The notes beneath the pieces were generated by a model, which worked only from the letters and a program-made list of their open reading frames with translations, did no database searches and was not told the DNA's origin. A stretch of DNA of 64,000 bases from Macrostomum lignano (Eukaryota): assembly GCA_002269645.1 (NCBI GenBank), contig NIVC01001758.1, forward strand, positions 124,001 to 188,000. Direction: 5' to 3'. Of the stretch, positions 47,683-60,084 are shown piece after piece. The first letter of the stretch is position 1, and each line of letters begins with the position of its first letter. Both the position numbers and the translations under genes were made by a program.

Positions 47683-50390
47683 TAATGGCTAAGGCCAGTC
47701 TGAGTCAGCCTATGCAGGCCAGCCAAGGTTGGACTTGGATCTAGAAAGGAATGGGCCAATGCCAAGATGGCCAATCTACCACTGTTAGGAACCCACCACC
47801 AGCAGATCCTCACTATTGCCTTAACTGCCTAGGTGGGCAGCCTAAGCGCAACTGCCATATGATTTGTGGTAACCAATCATCACTCAAGGGTCATTGCAAC
47901 ACCTGGCATGAAGGCCAAGGAGCAAGGCCTCCCAAGTTTGCATAAGAAGATCACCCTTACCTCCAGGGCTTCTGCAGGTGTGAAAGCTTTGATTTTATGC
48001 AAGGAACTTACCATTTTGGACAATCAGTTGAGACCATTGGCCAGTCAACCAAGGCAGCTCCTAGCCAGTCAGCCAAGGCAGCTCCTAGCCAATCAGCCAA
48101 GGCAGCTCCTAGCCAGTCAGCCAAGACAGCTCCTAGCCAGTCAGCCAAGGCAGCTCCTAGCCAATCAGCCAAGGCAGCTCCTAGCCAGTCAGCCAAGGCA
48201 GCTCCTAGACAGTCAGCCAAGGCAGCTCCTAGCCAGTCAGCCAAGGCAGCTCCTAGCCAGTCAGCCAAGGCAGCTCCTAGCCAGTCAGCCAAGGCAGCTC
48301 CTAGCCAGCCAACCGATGCAGCCTGGCCCTGACCCAGCCCAGGCCTCTAGCCTGTCAACAAGTGCAGCGGAGGTTGTGGGGCAACTAGTTCCTAGCCTTG
48401 GCTTTAGTCAAGCTCACATCTTGCAGCTCTAGTGGCATTAGCAAGGCTGCATCCTTGACTCTCATCACGCTAGCCATGATGGACCTCAAGCAACAAACTG
48501 ATGTATCCAATGAACCTCCAGCCTTAGCACTGAATGAAGGCTTTGTGAAGGACAAACTATGAGCCATCAATCAGCAGTTAGCCAATCTAATAGAAATAGT
48601 CTGGACGTTAGCCAACCAGTCTGCACTGCTGCTAGTTGATTGCAGTCATAAGACAGTGTTGAGAGCAAGAAATATGGCCAAGTTACTGGAGCATAAGCAC
48701 CTAGCTATGGTACCTTGTGGAGCAGATTACCTCATTTACTGCATGAATATGCTTTTTGCTTGCTCAACAGGCCTGGCCATTGAAGGGAAAGTGATTCATT
48801 GCAGACATCCACTGTGTATTGTGAGTTTATCATTTCATATTCTAACATGTATAGAGAGATATTTTTATTTGCTTGTTCAAAGATTCTAACCAAAAGTTTA
48901 ATTTTCACTCACTATTTCACAAAGGCACTTGCAATTCTTCACCTATTCATAGCAATCCAAGAGGCAAGGGCACCCTGGCCACCAGGTGGCTCTTGATGGC
49001 TAAGAAACTGCAGAACTTGTCCAATGATCAGAACAAGTTTAGCAAGTTCCACAACAAGATTGCAGGACACCTCTTGGGCATGACAAGAAGGGTGCATGTG
49101 GCTGCAGCTTGCAAGTACTTGGGTCACTAGAAAAAAATGTGAGTACTCATCTTGTAAAATTTTTAAATTCTAATGCAATTTTTTAAACCCATTTGCAGCA
49201 GGTACTTGGAGAAGTATGTGTGTGCCATTCATGAGGTCATGCAATCCAGGATTGGCAGGATGACTGGCTGTCACCACCAGTGAATGGTGCCATCATTGCA
49301 ATGACAGTTGTTGAAAGACCTAGGTTGAGCTCATACATGCCCAATACTTATCCAACCTGTCCAAACCAGGCAGGTGAAATGGCTGCCAGTCAAGGTAAGT
49401 TGCAAAATCAAAAATGAAAAAATGAAAATTTGGGAGAAGAAAGGAGAAGAAGAGAAATGGAAAAGAAAAGAGGGAGAAGAAAAAGAGGGAAAAGAGAAGA
49501 GAGAAAGAGAAAGAGAAGAAAAGAGAAAAGGTCATATACAAAGTGAAAATTAAGTCACAATTGGGGGAACTAAGTTGCAATTGAGAGGAACTAAGTTGCA
49601 AATCTAGACAAAACTAGGTTGCACCGGATGGTGAAATTTTGAGATTGGGCATGTATGGTTGAGCTGCAACCTTGGTCTATACCTTGAGGTAAAGACGCAG
49701 TCTGGCAGCCAGGTAGTGACAAAGCTCAATGAGGCTGCTGTGTATGCCTCAGCATATAGCGACCTGCACTTTTACAGCGGCATCGGCTGAAATGGATGTT
49801 GGCTCCTCAACTTCTTGCTCCATTGGGATAGCAGCAGTAGGTCAAATAACTTGAAAAAATGTCAATGTTTCTACTTCAAATGCTCCCAAAGCTACATGGT
49901 AGACTTACATACCAAATAGGTTTTTGGTTTGGCACTATGCCCTATATACATTTTCCTCCTAATTGCCTCCCACATCATTTTATAGAGGTTGTGGTAGAGT
50001 CCTTCTATTCCACGATGTGCTCTTAGCAGAAACATAGTGGCCAGACAAATGCCACACTCCAAGGGTGGACAAAACTGTGGTAGGTGCTGCCACTGGTTGG
50101 CAGTGGACTACAAATGCCTGCTGAAGAAGGTTGCCCAGGTGTACTTTGAAGGAGACTTAGCACGTAGCGTTGATCCCCATTGCAGCCCTTTCTTCAAAGA
50201 CATCTAGGCTACCACCTACAACGTCAGCTAGGTGGTAGACAAGCAGTCTTTTCTGCACTCTTGCTGCCCATTTCTGGGGCACTCAGAGGAGGCGGAGGTC
50301 AACTAAGAGAACAAGGACATGCCTGACTGCCCCCTAAGCACTGAGCTCATAAGTTTTAGCATAGTCACGCAGCTAGCAGCGGACTAATAG
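47683..50390 (+). pseudogene. Decayed multi-exon gene relic of unknown identity (probably transposon cargo)
   Basis: Long frames broken by single stops, intact-looking donors (ATT/GTGAGT ~48821, AAT/GTGAGT ~49139, AAG/GTAAGT ~49395), near absence of CpG. Confidence 0.45.
48040..48312. repeat. 24-bp minisatellite (AAGGCAGCTCCTAGCCAGTCAGCC), ~11 copies
   Basis: Directly visible; open in several frames. Confidence 0.92.
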
Positions 50391-51208
50391 ATGCTTTGCT
50401 GAACTTTGTTTTAACTATTGCAAATTCTGCTCCTTTTCCTAATAGTCCAAACTGGCTTAACTTGTTTATGGAATTATGGTATTTTTATAGACTTTCCTAC
50501 TTTTATCTATCAGATGCTAGGAACTCCCCTCCCTATCCCCCCAGTCATTCAGCTTGGTGTGCATGGGGTGGATTGTGGATATGTGATTTTACCTCCCATG
50601 TATAGCGTGCAAAGGCAAAAATTATTCTCATGTACATAGAGCATACTTGAGACTATGGATAGCAACCAATGATAACTATATAAAATAAAATATTAGACCT
50701 AGGCTATCTTAATATAGGCCCTATTAATAAAATATATAGCAAGTTTTACTAATATTGATTATATCATTTTTTGAGTATTCACTTTTTTGTAACACTATTT
50801 TTCTATTTAACTCTAATATATCTAGTACTAAGCTTTTGGCTTTATTTTATAATAATAAAATATAAGACAAATTAATTTTTTTAAGTTTTTATAAGTTTAT
50901 TAAATATAAATAGTGTTTTATTTGGGGTTGATGCAAAAGTTCTTTTATAAAATACTAGCTAAATATTTGACTTTGAATTTAACTTTTCAATGCTAAATTA
51001 TTACTGATATCTAGAGAAATTCATTTTTATACTTCTTAAGAATAGTGCAGGATATATATAGAAGATATAAAAATAATATATAATCCTAATTTTCAAAACA
51101 AAAAACTTTATCAAAATCAATATAGCTTAAAAAGACAAGATATCAAAGTATGGAAATTTGGTTTTTTAGAGTATTTATTCAAAATTCAATATCAATGTTT
51201 TGGTTCTT

Positions 51209-52448
51209 GGCAATTTTCCTCTTTCATTTGTTAAATTAATTTTTTGTTTGAACACAAACAGTACTAACTTTAAATGACAAAAAACGATAACAATATGTCG
51301 TGGAAACCTTTGTAGCATTTAGAAAAGCATGAAATTGAAATCGCGCCAAGGTGTGTAAGAAAGTGAAGCAACAACTGTCTTTTAGCAATTGTCTATGGTT
51401 AAAACTGCAGGGATATCATTAGAAAACTAGAAGGGGGTATGAAGAAAATAATTTACAAGTCCTTTTAAGTTTTTAGTCAGCTACAGCTCAAAAACATACA
51501 ATTATATTCAACAACATGACATGACTGGTCACCTTGCAGCACCTATATTTATAGTACCCCCTGGGCAAGTACATCTTACACTAGAGCTATGCAAGATTAA
51601 TTTCACAATGTAGGAGCTTGCCACTATCATAAAAACACCTTGAGACATTATCAACTGGATGGCAATATACCATATTATTGTAAACCAAGGAATGGTCTTG
51701 CTTGACCTGCCCTGGAGGTGGCGCCGGCAATATAATGGCACCACAAATGCGATTGCAATGGCATATGGGTGACCAATTCTTGGATGGACTGGCATGGGCA
51801 TGCACCAGCTGTCATGCCAAGTGTCAATTCAGAAAGGCTCATTTTTTGAAGCTAGTCATCTTACACTGCAGCAGCTGCTAGATCTCATTTGTGGTAGGCT
51901 ATAGAAGCAAATCAGGGTGTCAATGAAAATGCAACATTGGTTATAATGTTATTATTGACTGGCAAAACTTCATCAGGGACATCTGTTCTCAGTACCTGAT
52001 TGACCATCCAGTAGAACTAGGTAGTCCTGGTAGAGATGTAAAGATAGACAAATCCTATTTCTTTCACTGAAAGTACCACCAAGGTGCCCACTGGCCAGGA
52101 CAGTGGGTACTAGGCCAAGTTGAACATGGTACCAAGAAGTATGTGATGATTGCTATTCTTAACCGTACTGCTACAATGCTGCTACCTTTGATTCGATGAC
52201 ACGTTCTCCCTAGTACACATGTGATTACTGATGGATGGAAAGTATATGCTTCATTTGCTTCACTTTCAAGCGTTGGATGGCAAGTGTTGCTTCATTTTTT
52301 ATACGCCTTGGTGCAATTTCAATTTCAAGCTTTTCTAAATGCTACGAAGGTTTCCACAATATACTATTATCGTTTTTTGTCATTTAAAGTTGGTACTATT
52401 TGTGTTCAAACAAAAAATTAATTTAACAAATGAAAGAGGAAAATTGTT
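51209..52448 (+). mobile_element. Merlin (IS1016/IS1595-like) DNA transposon, internally deleted
   Basis: ~165-bp TIRs (51209-~51373, ~52285-52448); 8-bp TSD TGGTTCTT/AGGTTCTT (51201-51208, 52449-52456). Relic transposase SIQKGSFFEASHLTL, DWQNFIRDIC, GSPGRDVKIDKSYF..KYHQG, QWVLG, NRTATMLLPLI, VITDGWKVY. Confidence 0.88.
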
Positions 52449-52587
52449 AGGTTCTTCTTTATTTAAATAGAATGAAATATATATACAGGCCCTATATTAA
52501 ATGAAATATAGATATACAGTGCAATGTTTGTTGATTTTTTGTTTATTATTATGACTAATATATTTTATATTTTAAAAAAATAGGTTA

Positions 52588-52885
52588 AATCTATATGACT
52601 AGAATTGACTATGTCTGTCTGTTTGTTTGTTTGTTTGTGAAGTTCACATTTTAGAATGAACCACAAGACCAATTTTCACAGGACTTACACTGTTAGCTTG
52701 CAAATTTTCCGGCGGTGATGTGGCAGATTTTGCTAAAATTTCTGATAATGCAAAGGATGTTTAATTAGCAAAAAACTACTTTTTGCCATGGAATTTCCAT
52801 GGTCAATTGAAGAAAAGGCTTCTTGACTGTCAATTTGGCTGACTTGATTGAGGTTGCATCAGCAATCTGTCCTATCTCTCTAGTA
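52588..52885 (+). mobile_element. Possible non-autonomous Helitron/HINE-like element
   Basis: A|TCTATAT start, GTCT/GTTT microsatellite, ACCAATTTTCAC motif and a CTAG|T end; resemblance only. Confidence 0.3.
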
Positions 52886-53435
52886 TATTTCATTTAGCTA
52901 GGCTGATTTGTGTGCAGAAAGGAATGGGGGTTTGTTGGCTCACTTGGCAATGTGCAAAGGCGTGTATACCCCTGGCTGCAGGGCGGCGTCAAAATTTAGC
53001 TTTGGCAATAGTTGGGGAAAGAAATTCAATGACTTATTTTGCAGGCCTTCAAGTGTAGCTATGATTTTCATTCATTGATTGTGCTTCGAGTTTTTTAGAT
53101 TGGAGTGAGATAATTATATTGCCTGAAAGAGCTTGAAATGCTGAACATGGGGATATAATTTTATTGCTTCAAATCTGAAAATCAGAAGCATAGCACTAAA
53201 AAGAAGAGTGGCTTGAACAATGTACATAGGGACCAATTGAAAATGGACAGCTGTGTACATTGCTGGGGCAGGGAAGGAGAGTTGAGCTCAAATGCAATTA
53301 TCAATTGCGAGGCCTCTGGGTTGGGGGTTCAAATTTGTACACGCAAAATATTTTGTATATTTCTCTGACTGAGATTTTGGATTTTGGTTTTTGACTATTT
53401 GAAAATGGTTTTGACTATTTGAAGCATTTGAAGTC

Positions 53436-53641
53436 TTGACTTACTTGACTTAGCTGCAGGGTGGTCCGTAGACACAGCAGGGAGGCAAGGGTTGCCTATT
53501 CCGCTAGCCCCTGAAGGCCCGCAGACAGGCAGAGGCCTGGGGCCGGTCAGGGTGGTCTGCCGGTCTGTCCTGCAGCGTGATCTTCTGTTGGGAAGAAACT
53601 GGCTCGTCTAGTCACCCGAAGGAACTAGATGAGCCGTGAGG
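53436..53641 (-). mobile_element. 5'-truncated non-LTR retrotransposon (ORF2 end, 3' UTR, TAAGTCAAG tail) with 13-bp TSD
   Basis: TSD AGCATTTGAAGTC at 53423-53435 and 53642-53654. Minus frame CSSRLI*FLRVTRRASFFP resembles the L..FL..T.R end of LINE ORF2. Confidence 0.8.
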
Positions 53642-53829
53642 AGCATTTGAAGTCAGTTTTGACTATTCAAAGTCAGTTTTAACTATTCTAAGTTTGTTTT
53701 GGCCATTCAAAGTTTGCTTTGACTGTTCTAAGTTGGTCTTCACTATTTGAAGTTGGCTTTGACTATCCTATTTGTGTGTGCTGTATGTGAAGTGTGCTGC
53801 TTATTGGTGTCATTATATTGCTTTTCACT

Positions 53830-54070
53830 GCTTGATCTGTCTGTCTTCCAGCAGGTTGTCTCTGCTTGATCTGTCTGCTTTATTGTGGGCTTTCTCTGCT
53901 TGATCTGACTTTTAGCGGGCTGTTATTGCTTGATCTATCTGTCTTTTAGCGGGCTGTCTTTGCTTGATCAGTCTGTCTTCTAGCGGGCTGTCCCTGCTTG
54001 ATCTGTCTGTCTTCTAGTGGGCAGTCTCTGCTTGATCTGTCTGTCTTCTAGTGGGCAGTCTCTGCTTGAT
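53830..54070. repeat. ~33-bp degenerate minisatellite (CTGCTTGATCTGTCTGTCTTCTAGYGGGC)
   Basis: Visible tandem copies. Confidence 0.8.
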
Positions 54071-54667
54071 TGATGATTAATACTGCAAGGTGTCTATGGG
54101 TGATGTTGCCAGGTTTGGTACAATTTGAAAACTGTCTATATCCTGCGAAGTGGGTCTTTTTGCTAGTAGGCTACTATTAATAAACAATCAACAAATATAA
54201 AAAGAAACATAACCATGGTATAATTAGATAAAATATGCAAGTAAACTTTATAGGAGTCATGTATGCATGCCAACTATGTATGCTTAACTTTAGGCATGCA
54301 AAGCCAATGTATACCCAAATTTTTGGGTATATACTCTATAATCCAGTGTGTATAGGGTTTTTCTATTGTTTCAGCCAATTTAGGTGTTTTCCAAATCTTA
54401 GCTTTTTGTTTTTTTAGGTTTTTTTTAGGTTTTCCTGATTTCAAACATTCTGCCTTTCATCAAAAGCAGTAGGCCTAACAATTTTCATGCTAAAAAATAA
54501 AATTATTATATACATATTTAAAAAATTGAAAAATATGAAAATAATTTTTTTTTCAATGAAATTTGCTTCTTAAACTTTTCCAAGAATTATAGTTTCTTGT
54601 CTATCTAGGCCCTACTTGGTCTAGATAGTAGGGCCTAATCTGATACTGATAGGCCCTACCCAAAAGG

Positions 54668-56291
54668 GGCAGCCGATCAAAAGGGCGACAGATGAAAAGG
54701 GCGACAGTTAAAAGGGCGACAGTCAAAAGGGCGACAGTCAAAAGGGCGACAGGGTATTAGACCAAGAACTACTTAAGTGGAAGGACGGGAAACCTCGTTT
54801 CTTAGAAAATCTTAGAATCTTAGCAATAACAATTTTCGTGCTGACAATTACCAGCAAGTACTTGAGCTAGGTAAGAAAATTACATGTATACATGTACATG
54901 TAGAATGAAAAGAATGAGAAGTAAAAGCTAACCATTGTCATAATTCCTTCCTACATGTATACATGCAAGGCACTTAAGGCCATCGTCCCGCACGCGAAAC
55001 CAGAAGGCTTTGTCGTTGACTTTGAGGCTGCAGTTTGGAGAGCCATCTGAACTGTCTTCCCACAAGCATCTATTCGCGGATGTGTCTTCCACTACACGCA
55101 GGCTGTTTGGCGTCACATTCAGCAGCTAGGCTTGCAGCCAGCATACTGTGACGATGATGGAACTCAGCGATTCTGCCGAAAGCTGATGGCGCTCCCCTTC
55201 CTGCCACCTCAGCATATTGCGATGACATTTTACTGTCTCCGCGTTGAGACTACTCTAACACCTCTCCTGTCTGCCCTGTGCGACTATGTCCAAGTGACGT
55301 GGATCACCAGCTCCATCTGGAACATCCATGACATCTCCGTATACAGACAGGTGAAGTTATGAAAAAAATCTGTTATATACCCAGAAAAATATCATTGCAA
55401 TCTTGGAGAGAACTTGGAAAAGACAGTACAATGCATGTAAAAAGTACATGTACAAGTAAAGTGCACATGTAGGAGTAAAAGTGCACATGTAAAAGTGCAC
55501 TTACATGTACATGTAGGAGTAAAAGTGTACTTAGGCACTGTTGCGGATCCAGAAATTTTTTAACGGGGCCGGGGGACACAGAGTACTAATTAAGGTGCAT
55601 GTTTATGCATATCATGGTGTACATGTATATGTACCTGAAAATGTGTACTTTCCATAGAAAAAAAGAAAAAATCAAACTCGACAGGGTGCGCGCGCCCTAT
55701 GCACCCCCTTTAAATCCGCTACTGCTAGGCAGCCAGAAAAAATATATTTTTCTTTACTTCAATAGGCGGTTAGGACCAACAACAACTTAGAGAGCTAGCA
55801 TCGCGCTTTAAACTACAGAGCCCAGCGAGGAAACATCCAATTCTACCTGCTCATCAAGCTCCTATTCAATGAAGCGCGAATGATCCCCGTAGAGGTGCAG
55901 CTCCTCTCCCAAGGAGTAATGCGCCGCGTACAGCGCAACAGATACCAAAGTATGTAGGCCCAGTACTTCAAATACTGGAGAGAATTCAGGCGTAGCAACC
56001 ACTCAGCGGATGATCTACTGAAGGCAGTTAGTGAAATAAATGGACCTCACTGAACCACATTTTAACATTTAATAGTGTGTCCAATATGTGTCCAGCTTTT
56101 ATACAACCCCATTTTAACTGCTCGTACAATTTTAACAATGCATTTTAACAAATACAAGTATGATACATGTTTACTGCTTTTAACAAATACTTTTAATGTA
56201 CGTGGAACTCGTATTTTTGATATAAATACACTGTAACTGTCGCCCTTTTGACTGTCGCCCTTTTGATCTGTCGCCCTTTTGACCTGTAGCC
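54668..56291 (+). mobile_element. Mutator-like (MULE) element, internally deleted, with an intron in the transposase (55351-55765)
   Basis: 9-bp TSD CCCAAAAGG (54659-54667, 56292-56300); TIRs made of AAAAGGGCGACAG repeats. Relic VVDFEAAVWRAI*TVFP..IRGCVFHYTQAVWRHIQQLGL..FCRKLMALPFLP..SVYRQ/AVRTNNNLES*H. Confidence 0.9.
55538..55724. mobile_element. Small hAT-like MITE nested in the MULE intron
   Basis: Imperfect TIRs CTGTTGCGGAT / ATCCGCTACTG; flanks share TAGGCA. Confidence 0.45.
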
Positions 56292-57469
56292 CCCAAAAGG
56301 TATTGCTAGGCCTAGGCCTAATAGTGATAAAATTGAACATCAAAGTATTGAAATTGTGCCCAACATGACACTGATCTAACCCAAGGCCTCTATTATATTT
56401 TATAACATTTTCACTTGGCCACTAACAATCACTAAGCTTAAGGCTAGGCCTAACTTGGCTAAGCTATATCATTATATTTATATCACAACTCAGTAGTAGT
56501 GCTATTGTATTGCTCACTCAGTATTGATTGTAGGCCCTATCACTTAATTATTATTAGCATACTTATCAATATCAGTTATTATTATTAATAGATAGACAAT
56601 ATCATTATCACTATACTATAGTATCAGTGACAGTGAGTGACAATAACATGGCATTGCCATTGGCATTAGGCCTACCAGATTGATCAGAAAAAATTGAGAA
56701 ATAATAAAGAAGTGATATACTTATAACACGATACTATTGCTTACTCTATAGGCTCATAGAGTAAGCAATAGTTACTTAGAAGAGATAGGGAATAGGAATG
56801 GCGGATAGTGTTATAATCTCCTCCAAGACAAACCAACGTAAAAAAATTACACTAGTTTGTCTCATTTGAATACGCACGCAATTTAACGTCTAACGTTCAC
56901 AGTCGAACTTCACTCAACTCTAGCGTGCCCAATCAGTCAATGTGCATGGTGACAATTCTCACTATTATCACTATAGAAAAACACATCATTGCTAATTTTC
57001 TACCACTTTGTTTTTTTTCATTATTGTCTCTTGTGACTACGAGTTAAAAAAAACTGCGCTGCCTCTGTTTATTGAATCTGAATCTCGTGCAACAGCTTGT
57101 TGCATTATTAATTAATACACATGTAACATTGCATTACGTACTTAGTTGTGCTGCACTCGAGCGTACGTATTACCCCCCGGACACAACTTGGCTCCCCCAA
57201 TCTTTGTTACATTGGTGGGAAGTGCGCTTTATAGTGCTTCGTAAAATTTCAGAAATTACATCGAAATGATTGAATACAATCTTACATGAAATATTTATAA
57301 TGAATAGAGAGCTATAGATTCGCTCAGGAAAGTTATCCCGGCTAAAAGATGCGATTTCTCTAGAGTATGTGTATACATATATGATGCCCAGCCAAAGGCG
57401 GATTTTGAAATATGATAAAAAGATACGCGGAAACCCGGCCGGTCGATCGCACTCAGCTTTCTATAGATA

Positions 57470-57860
57470 AGGGGGCCGGATTTTAACCATCAGAGTGGGA
57501 GCGCCATATTATACAGTAGAGAGGCGCCATAAATACACTAGAGGGGCGCCATTATTATGCACACAAGAGGGGCGCAAAATACACTTGAGGGCCCGGGCGT
57601 CATGCATATATTAATACACTATATAGAGGGGCGCCAAACTATACACTATATAGAGGGCGCCATACACTGACGGGCGCCATAAGTTATACACAAGAGGGGC
57701 GCCATGGCCATACACTGAGGGGACGCCATGCATAATACACTATGGGGCGCCATACTGAGCAAAATTAACTGAGGGCGGTAAGTTATTAGGACTTTTTTTG
57801 GATTCAATCGGGGCGCCATCATCGCCCACGCCCCCCATAAATCATGGCCGGAGGCCAGGG
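57470..57860. repeat. GGGGCGCCAT-motif repeat cluster, possibly a non-autonomous hAT-like element
   Basis: About 10 spaced RGGGGCGCCA motifs after a GGGCCGGATTTT start. Confidence 0.45.
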
Positions 57861-58049
57861 CCCAGCCCAGCCCATCCAGCCACTGCACCGCCGTGCAAGT
57901 GGCAGCTTACTCTTATCTCACATTGACATCCACAATGGATTTTGGTCATGATGACTCACACGCAGCCGTTCCTAAAATCCCTTAAATTATTGAATCTCAT
58001 CCTCTCATGCATGCAACTTTCGATCGTTTCACGTGTCACCCCTGACCCC

Positions 58050-58101
58050 TTAGCGGAATGGGCGACTCTCGCCTCCCCGCTGCGTCTTCGGACTGCCCCC
58101 C
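58050..58101 (+). mobile_element. Third copy of the LINE-3'-end stem-loop, tail-less, with 11-bp direct-repeat flanks
   Basis: TAGCGGAATGGGCGACTCTCGCCTCCCCGCTGCGTCTTCGGAC flanked by CCCCTGACCCC (58039-58049, 58102-58112). Confidence 0.65.
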
Positions 58102-58211
58102 CCCCTGACCCCCCAGTCTAGAGATGATGTTTGACCGCTTAGGAAAAATTCCAGGCAAACCAAGGTACAAAGGTATCCTTTAAATATTTATCGATTTAGA
58201 CGCCAGCTTCA

Positions 58212-58283
58212 AGCAGAGTGGCGCAGTGGAAGCGTGCTGGGCCCATAACCCAGAGGTCCGTGGATCGAAACCACGCTCTGCTA
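58212..58283 (+). tRNA. Initiator tRNA-Met (CAT)
   Basis: 72 nt AGCAGAGTGGCGCAGTGGAAGCGTGCTGGGCCCATAACCCAGAGGTCCGTGGATCGAAACCACGCTCTGCTA. A1-U72 pair, GGG/CCC anticodon stem and AUCG T-loop are initiator hallmarks. Confidence 0.97.
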
Positions 58284-58286
58284 ACA

Positions 58287-58292
58287 TTTTTT
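58287..58292 (+). terminator. RNA polymerase III terminator (T6)
   Basis: TTTTTT 3 nt after the tRNA. Confidence 0.85.
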
Positions 58293-60084
58293 AAAAACAA
58301 TTTTCAGTTTCAGATAAATCGTGCTAATAAAGTCAAAACGTTTTAAAAGGAATATTTTTTTAGTATTGTCATCAAAACTAGTTTTTTTTATACTCTAGTC
58401 TAGAGTGGTAACGAACGTATCTACTGCATGGAATGTAACATTATGCAGCTTTTTTAAATGCTCAAAGCCATGCTTTCTATACATATCGGCAATATTGCGC
58501 GCTGGGCGCTGCGCTATGGGTCGAGTGGGAATAATGAATTGTTGGTAATGGAAAATCAAAATCAGATTGTGAGTATTTTTGGATCTATTATCAAAAGGAG
58601 TATTAAACACTTAATATTTAGGAAATACATTAAAATAACAATTTTAGTTCCGTTCAGATAAGATAAAGAAAACGGTTTAGAATAAAAAAAATTTAAGGAA
58701 ACTAGTAATTGAAGATTAATATTCTTTTGTTGCTACTTTTAGTACAGTGGATTAGCAATGTGGAGTTTGAGAAAAAATTACTTCGTTTCAACAAGGATTT
58801 TGGCAAAGAAACACTTTCGACAATACAATTAAACACGCGTTTTGGGCGTTTGTGTTTCAAAATGTGTGCTTTTGTTCAACAATGGTCCCCTTCTTAGGAC
58901 GCAGATTGCAGCGATAGAGGCTACGGTAGTAGTCTTTAAACGAAAATACATTAAACAAAAGCACACCTTCCTTTCATTCTTCAAATTAATTTGAGAAACT
59001 AGGGTACTCTGTGGCGTTTAAAAACAATACTTTAGACAAGCGACTTCAAATATTTCTACTAAATTTTGTTTTAACGAAACCATTTTTACATTAGAGAGGG
59101 AAAGGGACCGTGCAATTAAGGGTTTTTTGCCAATTCAAGATTGGCATAAAATATAGCATGCTCAACAATGAATACAGCCAACAATTTCATTAACATTTGA
59201 TTCTCGCATTGAGAGTTGAGCTCGCAATATAAGCTATCTGAGACGACAAATGAGGCATGCAATGTCTTGCTGTTGCTCTAAGCTACCTATTTACCTCTGT
59301 TTCTTGATTTAGGCTCAAGTTTTAGTGCAGAGAAACTAGCATTATCGCCCCGTTGTATTATTTACACTGAAAAGCTCAGCTCAGGAGAGCAGATAGAGGT
59401 TAACGCGAACAGTTGAGTAATTGTCAATTGCTTCGTCGGTCGCAATCGAGCTTCTCAAGATGAGAGAGGTAATGAAGAGGTGATGAGGGGGCAGGCGGGG
59501 GCTGTCCAACCCTCTCTCCCTTACTCAGCAGTTTGTACATGGAATAATAGGCGGCGTGGAGCCAGCCATGCAGCCTCGAGGGCATGGGGGTTTGTTTTAT
59601 GCTTGCTGCTCGAAAACTCGAAAACAGAGAGAGGAGGGGGTTCGGGTTACGAAATAGAAAAAACGAGCGAGAGATGGTTGAGACCAACGGAGACGAAGTT
59701 ATAAAGATCGAGAGCGCGAGAGAGAGAATCAAGAAAATAGCAGCCCCAGTTCTCTGCGTCATTTCTTTCTCTCATTTTCAGTTTACGTCAGCCTCGTCTT
59801 CACAAAAAAGCACGCTTCTCTTCATCTTGGTCAGTTCTCATTCGCTAGCAGCATTGGACACAACCTCACGGCCCTGCTCTACTCGGGTTCTCGACAAACG
59901 AGAGGAGAGCGCGGGCAGAGAGTCGGGCTTACTCCATTGTCAAATACTCAGCAGCAGTTGCAGACTCTCCGTTCGGGCCTGACTTCGGAACCGTTGTAAG
60001 CCGCTCTTGCTACCCTAGAAAAGTAAGAGACTTACTGCTAAGTTCAACCGATTGTCAGCTTTAAAAAACGTTGGCAGTCCCTGA

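Noticed and set aside
49985-50390. Ulp1/SENP protease relic (ESFYST..GWTK..HWLAVD)
   Set aside because: Needs a frameshift and I found no Q-x-N-x-x-D-C-G catalytic motif; kept only as part of the unidentified relic.
46050-59400. Spliced-leader RNA, snRNA or rRNA genes
   Set aside because: Nothing recognisable by eye here or elsewhere in the window apart from tRNA-iMet; a covariance-model search would be needed to exclude them.
59424-59982. ORFs 59424..59762, 59480..59704, 59584..59982
   Set aside because: Overlapping, GA-rich and motif-free; more consistent with UTR or promoter sequence.
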